Source of the DNA: a virus
Lineage: Duplodnaviria > Heunggongvirae > Uroviricota > Caudoviricetes
Direction: 5' to 3' (one strand)
DNA: 13,851 nucleotides
IMG/VR virus record: IMGVR_UViG_2706794691_000018
The position numbers were made by a program, and so were the translations under genes. Under the pieces are notes generated by a model that was given only the letters and a program-made list of their open reading frames with translations, did not search any database and was not told the DNA's origin. Positions 1 through 6,682 of this stretch are shown piece after piece (the first letter of the stretch is position 1; each line of letters begins with the position of its first letter).

Positions 1-354
1 TTAAAAAAAGAACAAATGGTAGTGTCCGCTATTGCCAGTACACCTCAATTGCTCTGCGGCTTCGCTCAGAGCTGGCGTATGTTCCCGGCCTACTGATTCA
101 CACAGGTAATCAACGAAACCGGACACCAGTTTTCGTTCGCGAGGCGTGATCGCCCCACCGACCGGAGTCCAGTAATCGAAACCCAGTTGCAGGAGTTTGA
201 AAAAACGCTTGTGGAATGCGTAGTTACACACACGCTTAAAGTCTGCGTGTATCCACTCACCTATTTTGATTTGATGCAGAAAATCGCAACTCTCCGGCGT
301 CGCCGGGAGAAGTAATCCGGAAGAGGTTTGTTTGACCAGTTGTATATGTGCCAT
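1..354 (-). CDS. hypothetical phage protein, about 117 aa (MAHIQLVKQTSSGLL...), stop codon at window positions 1-3
   Basis: ORF 1..396 on minus strand; internal ATG at 354 is preceded by GGAGAAAG (reverse complement of 355-362), so it is the preferred start. No family recognised. Confidence 0.45.
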   Translation of the reverse strand: MAHIQLVKQTSSGLLLPATPESCDFLHQIKIGEWIHADFKRVCNYAFHKRFFKLLQLGFDYWTPVGGAITPRERKLVSGFVDYLCESVGREHTPALSEAAEQLRCTGNSGHYHLFFF

Positions 355-392
355 CGGCTTTCTCCGGTGGCACGGTGTTACACAGCAGGAGT

Positions 393-680
393 TCAATCCT
401 GCTCAAGATTGTAGATGAGTTTATTCTTCAGCAAAAGCAGAAAACCAGCCTTAAAACCAATCTCTTTCAAAACCCGTAATGATGTGACAAATTCGTCCTC
501 ACGCAAAATAAAACCGTCCGTCAGAAGTCCATTACAAAAATAAAATAACACAGCACCGCTCTTCCTTTGTTGAGATTGCAAACATCTAATGCGGCAATGG
601 CTGACAATCGCTCCATTCTCAACGCGCACAGCATAGAGGCCATTTTCACTAAAAATTTCACGCAATTCTTCGATTTTCAT
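393..680 (-). CDS. hypothetical small protein, 95 aa (MKIEELREIFSENGLYAVRV...)
   Basis: Minus-strand ORF with ATG at 680 preceded by GGAAGGA; lies downstream of a candidate promoter at 762-789. No family recognised. Confidence 0.5.
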   Translation of the reverse strand: MKIEELREIFSENGLYAVRVENGAIVSHCRIRCLQSQQRKSGAVLFYFCNGLLTDGFILREDEFVTSLRVLKEIGFKAGFLLLLKNKLIYNLEQD

Positions 681-761
681 CTTCAGAATCCTTCCAGATA
701 AATAGCTCTCCCCTGTTCGGGGTCCATCCCTCTTCTCCCTGCGCGCTACTTAAGTGAGTCG

Positions 762-789
762 ATTCTATCTGCGAAGGTGCGCGAATCAA
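762..789 (-). promoter_or_regulatory. putative sigma70 promoter (-35 TTGATT, 16-bp spacer, -10 TAGAAT) for the 95-aa and 117-aa genes
   Basis: Reverse complement of 784-789 is TTGATT and of 762-767 is TAGAAT; sits directly after the hok terminator and about 80 nt before the 680 start codon. Confidence 0.3.
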
Positions 790-796
790 ATTCACC

Positions 797-854
797 GGAA
801 ATAAACAACAAAAAACCCGCCGAAACGCTGAGAGATCACAGCGATGGGCGGGTT
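797..854 (-). terminator. Rho-independent terminator closing the hok transcript
   Basis: On the minus strand an 8-bp stem (814-821 with 847-854) with an inner 5-bp stem (826-830 with 839-843) is followed by TTTTTGTTGTTTATTT (reverse complement of 797-813). Confidence 0.5.
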
Positions 855-929
855 AAGTGCGGGTGCGTTGAGGATGCCTGACACATCAGAGGTGGGCGGG
901 GATGGGATCAGCTCCCCGCCCGGTCACTC

Positions 930-1085
930 TTACTTCCTGGATTCGTAGTCTACGAAGACAGCGACCTCCGTCTGGCCGGTTCGGATTCGTACCTCACAGA
1001 GGTCTTTCCTCGTTACCAGTGCCGTCACTATGACGGTTAAACAGATGACGATCAGGGCGATTAACATCGCCTTTTGCTGCTTCAT
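930..1085 (-). CDS. hok: Hok/Gef-family type I toxin, 51 aa (MKQQKAMLIALIVICLTVIVTALVTRKDLCEVRIRTGQTEVAVFVDYESRK)
   Basis: Strong resemblance to HokD/RelF and Gef as I recall them (single TM helix, LTRKDLCE, TEVAVF motif); AAGGAGAAG Shine-Dalgarno immediately upstream of ATG at 1085. The longer track ORF 930..1142 is an in-frame upstream extension. Confidence 0.8.
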   Translation of the reverse strand: MKQQKAMLIALIVICLTVIVTALVTRKDLCEVRIRTGQTEVAVFVDYESRK

Positions 1086-1291
1086 AGCCTGCTTCTCCTT
1101 GCCTTTCGGCATGTAAGAGGCTAACCTACATGTGCAAAGCATGAAATTGGCCTCAGATTAATGTTAAGCGTCTTGCCGGACGCGTAATGTTAACTGGGGC
1201 TTTTCTCTATCTGCCTTTTGGTGTTCATGCCTGAAGCAGATAGCCTCAAGCACCCGCAGTCATTCTACTTACCTCGCCAATATGAAATCAA
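1086..1291 (-). promoter_or_regulatory. hok mRNA leader with putative hok promoter (-35 TTGATT, 18-bp spacer, -10 TAGAAT, reverse complement of 1262-1291); region expected to carry mok start and antisense sok
   Basis: Promoter hexamers seen on the minus strand. Candidate antisense promoter on the plus strand is TTGCCT (1099-1104), 17-bp spacer, TAACCT (1122-1127). Inverted repeat CTATCTGC (1207-1214) with GCAGATAG (1236-1243) fits a structured leader. Confidence 0.35.
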
Positions 1292-1312
1292 TCAGAAAGG
1301 TGCCCCATAAAA

Positions 1313-1999
1313 TCACTCCTTCTCTTCTTTACCGTAGTGGAGTTGACCAATTTTGATAAGAGGGCGTCCCTGAGATTTGCGGTGTAGATTGGTATCGCGC
1401 AGAGAATACACACAGCCACAATATTCCTGCTGATAGAATTTTTCGCGCTTGCTGATTTCAATCATACGGGACGAGCCGCCCTGCTTGCGCCAGTTATAAT
1501 CCCAGTACACCATGCCCGGATAATGCGCGACGGCTCGCCGCCCACAGTCGTTAACCTGCTGCATATTTTTCCAGCGTGAAATGCCCAGTGAACTGCTGAT
1601 CACACTGAAACCATTTTCAGCGGCGTACAGCGCTGTCCGCTCAAAACGCATGTCAAAACACATGGTGCAACGGATCCCTCGTTCGGGCTCCCATTCCATT
1701 CCTTTGGCTCGTTCAAACCAGTTGTCTGTGTCGTAATCAGCATCAATAAACGGCACGCCGTGTTGTTCAGCAAAGCGAATATTCTCATCCTTACGAATTA
1801 AATACTCTTTCTGAGGATGAATGTTCGGGTTGTAGAAAAAGATGGTGTAGTCGATTCCCGAGGCCTGAAGCGCCTCCATCACCTCACCGGAACATGGAGC
1901 ACAGCAAGAGTGCAGTAGTAGTTTGTTTGCCCCGTTTGGGAGCTCCAATTTGGGCCGTTTGAAATCAGCAACTGTCATAAATATGTTTATTGGGGTCAT
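1313..1999 (-). CDS. DUF208 family protein, QueH-like putative epoxyqueuosine reductase (tRNA queuosine maturation), 228 aa
   Basis: N-terminal [11 protein letters not shown] motif plus later RCTMCFD and YCGCVYS cysteine motifs match what I recall of the Fe-S enzyme family QueH/DUF208. Start uncertain (ATG at 1999 or 1978; neither has a clear Shine-Dalgarno). Confidence 0.5.
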   Translation of the reverse strand: MTPINIFMTVADFKRPKLELPNGANKLLLHSCCAPCSGEVMEALQASGIDYTIFFYNPNIHPQKEYLIRKDENIRFAEQHGVPFIDADYDTDNWFERAKGMEWEPERGIRCTMCFDMRFERTALYAAENGFSVISSSLGISRWKNMQQVNDCGRRAVAHYPGMVYWDYNWRKQGGSSRMIEISKREKFYQQEYCGCVYSLRDTNLHRKSQGRPLIKIGQLHYGKEEKE

Positions 2000-2146
2000 A
2001 AAAATATCAAAGAGTGTAGCATTAGAACGGGGCTATCGGAAACAGATGTGTGACTGCTCCCCGCCCTTTCGGGTGGTCTCCTGATGATTTGAGGGTGCAG
2101 AAATCCCTCCGGTTAAGGATTAAATTTTTAACAGTGCTAAATTTAA

Positions 2147-2503
2147 TTATTCAGTTCTGGATTTTGTCGCCCTGCGTATCCGCGCTTTCGCGTTACGCTC
2201 AATCTGTATCAGCTTTTCTATATTTCTCCGCCTTTCCTGTTCCTCCTGGCGCAATAGCCTTACATCATCTGCCAGTCTGGTTTCTCTTTTTGCCACAGAG
2301 AGCATCCAGTCAAACGGCTCCACAACCGCACCGCAGATTTTACAGCGGACCTGACGCTCTTTTTCGTCAACCCGTACAGAGGCGTGATGGCAATATGGTC
2401 TTTCCGATGGCTCATAAAGAAAATTAACCTGATTACGAGGGTCATCCTCTTTTACCGGAAATAAAACGATATTGCTTAACTCATCTTCTGGTTTTATTTC
2501 CAT
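2147..2503 (-). CDS. phage zinc-ribbon protein with basic coiled-coil C-terminus, 118 aa
   Basis: ATG at 2503 preceded by AAGGAGAGGAG; contains YCHH...CKICG metal-binding-like spacing followed by an R/E/K-rich helical tail. The track ORF 2147..2560 is an upstream extension. Confidence 0.55.
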   Translation of the reverse strand: MEIKPEDELSNIVLFPVKEDDPRNQVNFLYEPSERPYCHHASVRVDEKERQVRCKICGAVVEPFDWMLSVAKRETRLADDVRLLRQEEQERRRNIEKLIQIERNAKARIRRATKSRTE

Positions 2504-2560
2504 GCTCCTCTCCTTTGATGCGAATGCCAGCGGTAATTGAAGCCTGATAGCTAATTTCAT

Positions 2561-3252
2561 TCACAGTATCGCCTCCTGAAAATTACCCTGATAGAAAGCC
2601 AGTACACGCTGCATAGCTTCGCTCTTCCGGCACTCGCGACAGATTATATTCAGGCGCCTGTCGTAGCGGCGTATTTCTCCGTCAGGTAATGACCAGATAA
2701 GGTCCGGATCAACAACAACCGGTTTCCTCACCTTTACTCTCGAGAGTTTTTTGCGGGCGCTTTGCCAGTCCTTGCGAGCCTGTTCAGACGGGAATAAGCC
2801 GTAGCCAGAATTATATACATCACCACTTGCGACCAGTTCTATGCATAAGCGACCGACAGACGCACGACTGATACCTGTTTCATCTGACAACTGCCGANNN
2901 NNNNNNNNNNNNNNNNNNNNNNNNNNNNNNNNNNNNNNNNNNNNNNNNNNNNNNNNNNNNNNNNNNNNNNNNNNNNNNNNNNNNNNNNNNNNNNNNNNNN
3001 NNNNNNNNNNNNNNNNNNNNNNNNNNNNNNNNNNNNNNNNNNNNNNNNNNNNNNNNNNNNNNNNNNNNNNNNNNNNNNNNNNNNNNNNNNNNNNNNNNNN
3101 NNNNNNNNNNNNNNNNNNNNNNNNNNNNNNNNNNNNNNNNNNNNNNNCCATAGTTCGTTCAGCACTTCTTCACGACTGATATCAAGTCGCGCAGCAAGTT
3201 CTATGGATGTGGCTTTTCCCATTGCTTTCAGTGCGTCAAAAACAGTCTCCAT
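2561..3252 (-). CDS. phage HTH DNA-binding protein at the position of ydaW; interrupted by an N-run, full length unknown
   Basis: N-terminal part ([31 protein letters not shown]) starts at ATG 3252 with GGGAGGAAA upstream and overlaps the ydaV 3' end. C-terminal part (…[23 protein letters not shown]…) ends at 2561. The two parts are in different frames across the gap. Confidence 0.45.
2898..3147. other. masked or unresolved sequence (250 N)
   Basis: Run of N in the supplied sequence. Confidence 1.
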
Positions 3253-3274
3253 AAAAATTTCCTCCCGGTAAAAA

Positions 3275-4021
3275 TTACTTCTCAATTCCTGGCTGGACGA
3301 CATTCGGACGCCAGCTCTCCCAGTTAAAATTCACCCATCGCCCGCCGTTCATGGTCATGCGATCCATAATCCGCTCGCCGAGCAATGTTTTCATGGCCTC
3401 ATAGTTCAGGTTTGTCAGCATCCCCACGCTGCGCATCGACGCTGTCCGGCGATCAACAATCTGGTGCAGCACCACCTGCTCGTTTTTCGTCTCGCGCTGA
3501 ATGCCAATTTCATCAAGAACCAGCAGATCCACTTCGCACAGCTCCCGCAAAAATTTTTCGCCTGACTGCCCGTCGTCATAGCTGGCGTGCAGGGCGCTCA
3601 TAACATCAGCCACGGTAACCACAATCACTGTCTGACCGTCTTTCAGCAGGCGATTCCCGATAGCTGCCGCTAAGTGGTTCTTCCCGGTACCAGGTTTTCC
3701 GCTGAACGCAAAATTTGTACACCCGGTCATCAGTTCATCAGCGATGGATTTCGCCTGACTCAACGCGTATCGCTGCGCTTCGTTCTGCACCTGGTAATTC
3801 GAAAACGAGCATTTGCGGTGCAATGGCTGGATGCCAGAGCGATTCAGAATTTTTTCCACCCGCAACTGACGATTCTGACGGTTGATCTCCTCACAACGTT
3901 TCTGGCCTTCGGAAAGTTGCCACTCGCGCCACTCCGCTACCGTCTTGAATGGCGCGGTTACATGTGACGGGGCCAGTCTGCGGATACGTTCAAGAACGTC
4001 GCCTGTCGCAATATTTTTCAT
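3275..4021 (-). CDS. ydaV: DnaC-like replication ATPase (helicase loader, IstB-like AAA+), 248 aa
   Basis: Walker [18 protein letters not shown] and Walker B LLVLDEIG; same length as K-12 Rac YdaV; sits immediately after the O-like gene. Confidence 0.85.
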
Positions 4022-4027
4022 GGTCAG

Positions 4028-4855
4028 TTACCCCCTGAAGCCTGGCGGGATCGNNNNNNNNNNNNNNNNNNNNNNNNNNNNNNNNNNNNNNNNNNNNNNN
4101 NNNNNNNNNNNNNNNNNNNNNNNNNNNNNNNNNNNNNNNNNNNNNNNNNNNNNNNNNNNNNNNNNNNNNNNNNNNNNNNNNNNNNNNNNNNNNNNNNNNN
4201 NNNNNNNNNNNNNNNNNNNNNNNNNNNNNNNNNNNNNNNNNNNNNNNNNNNNNNNNNNNNNNNNNNNNNNNNNNNNNNNNNNNNNNNNNNNNNNNNNNNN
4301 NNNNNNNNNNNNNNNNNNNNNNNNNNNNNNNNNNNNNTCCAGAGGGTCAAACTTTTTGACACCTCGATTCCCCCGGGGGGGATTTAGGGGGGGATCTGTT
4401 TTTAGATCTTTATCTGTATCTTTATTAGTTGCCTTTGTGTTGACATCATGTTCAAACACCACTTCAACATCTGTTTGAACACCTGTTAAATTTCTCTCTT
4501 GTTTTGTTTGAACATCTGCTTCCTTTCTGCTTCTTCTGGCCTGAACAGATGCTTTTCCTGCGGCTGATTTTTTGGTTAATTTTTCCCTGACTGATGCCAG
4601 ATCTTCCTCAATCCGAAGATGCACCCATTCCTCGCCGTTATCGCAAAAAAACTCCTGCAAGGATGGTTCAACATCAGCCCATCGCTCGTTAGTCAGACGG
4701 GCAATTTTTGCCAGCCTGTTTTTAGGTATTGGCTTTCCTGTTTGCCAGTAATTGAACATCAGCAACAAATACGCACCATGCTCCTCTGCTGACAAATGCA
4801 TGGTGTCAGCCAGGTAATCAGCTATGTACAGTTGCATGTATGGTAATGCGGCCAT
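4028..4855 (-). CDS. ydaU: phage replication initiator-like protein (DUF1376-like N-terminus); interrupted by an N-run
   Basis: N-terminus MAALPYMQLYIADYLADTMHLSAEEHGAYLLLMFNYWQTGKP; position between ydaT and the DnaC-like gene. Start is one of ATG 4906, 4855 or 4837; the 3' end lies near 4028 but its frame cannot be verified across the gap. Confidence 0.6.
   Translation of the reverse strand: MAALPYMQLYIADYLADTMHLSAEEHGAYLLLMFNYWQTGKPIPKNRLAKIARLTNERWADVEPSLQEFFCDNGEEWVHLRIEEDLASVREKLTKKSAAGKASVQARRSRKEADVQTKQERNLTGVQTDVEVVFEHDVNTKATNKDTDKDLKTDPPLNPPRGNRGVKKFDPLXXXXXXXXXXXXXXXXXXXXXXXXXXXXXXXXXXXXXXXXXXXXXXXXXXXXXXXXXXXXXXXXXXXXXXXXXXXXXXXXXXXXXXXXXXXXXXXXIPPGFRG
4054..4337. other. masked or unresolved sequence (284 N)
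   Basis: Run of N in the supplied sequence. Confidence 1.
4449..4514. repeat. iteron-like repeats TGTT(C/T)(A/G)AACA, three copies, inside the initiator gene (candidate replication origin)
   Basis: TGTTCAAACA at 4449-4458, TGTTTGAACA at 4472-4481 and 4505-4514, with AACATCTG repeated at 4465-4472 and 4511-4518; preceded by two G7 tracts (4375-4381, 4387-4393) and an AT-rich stretch. Confidence 0.35.
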
Positions 4856-4918
4856 AATTGCCCCGTATGATGCTGCCCGGTGGCTTAGAATAAGCACAAA
4901 CAGCATGGAAACTTTTGC

Positions 4919-5341
4919 TTAATGAACAATGACAGAATCGTCGGAAGACCCGCCGCCGCTGAAATGCGCTTTCCGGTAAACGGCTTGGACTGCATCATCA
5001 TGCGCATCAATTGCCGTACTTAACGCTTCCTGCGCCGCCAGTAATGCACGGCGTTCCAGGGTATCGAAGATGCAGAGTCGGTGACGCAGCTCGCGCGGAA
5101 GGATTGCCAGAATTGCTGGGATCAGCTTCTGAATTTTTTCTCTTTGCGTTTTCGTTTCACCTTTCAACCAACGGTGATAGATATTCTGCTGATTATTCCA
5201 GTCCTTGCCTGGTACCAGGGGCAATTCGCCGCCCCCCTGGCGCAGATATTCTTCAGTAATGGCATTGGCTACCCATGCCTGCCCTTTTTCGGCTGCCAGG
5301 GCTAACAACACTGACTCGATGTGCTCATGCTTGATTTTCAT
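4919..5341 (-). CDS. ydaT: Rac prophage YdaT-like protein (putative toxin / cell-division inhibitor), 140 aa
   Basis: Sequence MKIKHEHIESVLLALAAEKGQAW... matches YdaT as I recall it; its start overlaps the ydaS stop as ATGA (5338-5341). Confidence 0.8.
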   Translation of the reverse strand: MKIKHEHIESVLLALAAEKGQAWVANAITEEYLRQGGGELPLVPGKDWNNQQNIYHRWLKGETKTQREKIQKLIPAILAILPRELRHRLCIFDTLERRALLAAQEALSTAIDAHDDAVQAVYRKAHFSGGGSSDDSVIVH

Positions 5342-5592
5342 GAATCAACTCCCATCAGCTTTTTCGTAGTAGTTTTATTTCTGCCAATAGTTAAAATTAC
5401 ATCAGCAGAAAATAATCCGTTTGATGCATGAGCGATTTTTTCAGCGTAATTTGTTTCGCCGGTATATTCTGTGCGAGGCAATTTTCCGTTATCCATCCAT
5501 TTGTAGATTGCTCTTTGGCTGACACCACAAACGTCGGCCACAACAGAAACGCGAACAGTTTTGATTACATCTTCAAGTGTTTTCTGGTTCAT
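5338..5592 (-). CDS. ydaS: Cro-like HTH regulator, 84 aa from the preferred start
   Basis: HTH segment VADVCGVSQRAIYKWMDNGKLP; ATG at 5592 preceded by GAGGGTGAT; divergent from the repressor gene. Confidence 0.65.
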   Translation of the reverse strand: MNQKTLEDVIKTVRVSVVADVCGVSQRAIYKWMDNGKLPRTEYTGETNYAEKIAHASNGLFSADVILTIGRNKTTTKKLMGVDS

Positions 5593-5653
5593 ATCACCCT
5601 CACAATGTGAACTTTGAGTACATGCTATAACAGAACTGACAGTACATTCAAGA
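5593..5653. promoter_or_regulatory. divergent promoter/operator region between the Cro-like and CI-like genes
   Basis: 61-bp intergenic region with direct repeats GAACTttgAGTACAT (5609-5623) and GAACTgacAGTACAT (5633-5647) and the palindrome CACAATGTG (5601-5609). Confidence 0.45.
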
Positions 5654-6091
5654 GTGAATATCATTGAACTTATGGTTCATGAAGATAAAGCGCGTAAAGA
5701 GTTCGCCAGTAGGCTTGCGCTAGCCTGTGAAAACGCTGGTTATGAACAACATGGAAGGCAGGCAGAAATTGCCCGTCGAATGAAATTAACACCAAAAGCG
5801 GTTAGCAAATGGTTTAATGGCGAAACAATTCCTCGCCGAGAGAAATTAAGGGAATTAGCAACACTCATTGGAACAACACCAACCTATCTTTTGGGAGAGG
5901 ATACAGAAGAAAGTGGACAGGTACGTTTCTATCAGGAGTTAAATCCAAGACAAAAAATCATCATTGACCTTCTGGACGAGCTCCCTGACAGTGAGACAGA
6001 TGAACTTTTAAAAACTCTTGAGGAGAAAAAACAGAAGTACAATGCAATTTACGAAGAGCTAGCACGAAAGAAAAAACAAAAAGCCTCTTAA
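5654..6091 (+). CDS. racR: CI-like prophage repressor (XRE-family HTH), 145 aa from GTG 5654 or 139 aa from ATG 5672
   Basis: HTH QAEIARRMKLTPKAVSKWFNGE with a C-terminal acidic/coiled region; divergent from ydaS at the Rac immunity position. Symbol assigned by synteny, not exact sequence recall. Confidence 0.65.
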   Translation: MNIIELMVHEDKARKEFASRLALACENAGYEQHGRQAEIARRMKLTPKAVSKWFNGETIPRREKLRELATLIGTTPTYLLGEDTEESGQVRFYQELNPRQKIIIDLLDELPDSETDELLKTLEEKKQKYNAIYEELARKKKQKAS

Positions 6092-6154
6092 ACCAGCATA
6101 AATCCGGTAGCGTCCCCCTCCGGGTTTGTGCTTCACTTTATCCCATCTCATTTT

Positions 6155-6212
6155 TTTACACACAAAATGTACTTATAGTACTTTACATCAATGAACACAA
6201 AGTACATTATAT
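6155..6212 (+). promoter_or_regulatory. second operator-like cluster with candidate rightward promoter (-35 TTTACA 6182-6187, -10 CATTAT/TTATAT 6205-6212)
   Basis: ATGTACT (6167-6173), AGTACT (6177-6182) and AGTACAT (6201-6207) recur here and share the core of the 5609-5647 repeats; ACACAAA precedes two of them. Confidence 0.3.
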
Positions 6213-6381
6213 ACCTACCAACCCACCCCGCCCCACAGAACGCAGGGCAATACTTCGAGTTACCAGGCAGTGGTCAGGGGTTAAGTAGCCAGCCCGAGGC
6301 GTATGAACATGACGGCAGGGTTCAGATTTTGCAGTGCAGCAGGTTTCAGTTCCGCCACCCGGCGTTAAGGGGAGAGATAAG

Positions 6382-6516
6382 ATGGTGCATTACGAAGTAG
6401 TTCAGTATTTGATGGATTGTTGCGGTATCACTTACAACCAGGCTGTGCAGGCTTTACGCAGCAACGACTGGGATCTCTGGCAGGCAGAAGTCGCTATACA
6501 CAGCAACAAGATGTGA
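6382..6516 (+). CDS. ydaG: small Rac prophage protein YdaG-like, 44 aa (MVHYEVVQYLMDCCGITYNQAVQ...)
   Basis: ATG 6382 preceded by AAGGGGAGAG; length and sequence match my memory of YdaG. Confidence 0.6.
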   Translation: MVHYEVVQYLMDCCGITYNQAVQALRSNDWDLWQAEVAIHSNKM

Positions 6517-6526
6517 GATTCGCAAA

Positions 6527-6682
6527 ATGCAAAAAATCGACCTCGGCAACAACGAATCCCTGGTGTGCGGCGTGTTCCCCAACCAGGATGGAACGTTCAC
6601 TGCCATGACGTATACCAAAAGCAAAACATTTAAAACCGAAACTGGTGCGCGCCGATGGTTGGAGAAGCACACAGTAAGCTAA
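6527..6682 (+). CDS. ydaF: small Rac prophage protein YdaF-like, 51 aa (MQKIDLGNNESLVCGVFPNQDG...)
   Basis: Hand-translated ORF below the track's length cut-off; 51 aa matches YdaF length and position; 3' end overlaps sieB by 4 nt. Confidence 0.55.
   Translation: MQKIDLGNNESLVCGVFPNQDGTFTAMTYTKSKTFKTETGARRWLEKHTVS

Noticed and set aside
1086-1142. In-frame upstream extension of hok (MLCTCRLASYMPKGKEKQA...) as a longer toxin or as mok
   Set aside because: The strong AAGGAGAAG Shine-Dalgarno sequence precedes the internal ATG at 1085, and Hok toxins are about 50 aa; mok is normally in a different frame, so this extension is most likely leader sequence.
2050-2445. ORFs 2050..2427 (+) and 2260..2445 (-) overlapping the zinc-ribbon gene
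   Set aside because: Alternative frames of the same locus; the 2147..2503 frame has the strong ribosome-binding site and a coherent protein, the others do not.
2841-3179. Track ORFs made mostly of X residues (2841..3179 +, 7179..7501 -, 11397..11747 -, 11405..11731 -, 11984..12274 +, 4024..4362 -)
   Set aside because: They exist only because N-runs contain no stop codons; there is no real sequence support.
4375-4393. Two G7 homopolymer tracts as a programmed phase-variation switch
   Set aside because: They are noted as slippage-prone, but a pair of G-runs encoding Pro/Gly in one gene is insufficient to call programmed phase variation; kept only as a note under the origin finding.
3385-4478. 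Plus-strand ORFs antisense to ydaV/ydaU (3385..3603, 3674..3967, 3882..4478)
   Set aside because: They are opposite genes with clear Walker motifs and phage context, have no ribosome-binding sites, and one runs through an N-run.
6191-6400. 69-aa plus-strand ORF (MNTKYIIYLPTHPAP...) between the repressor and ydaG
   Set aside because: It spans the operator-like AT-rich region and the ydaG ribosome-binding site, has no Shine-Dalgarno sequence and a Pro/Gln-rich composition; more likely regulatory DNA than a gene.
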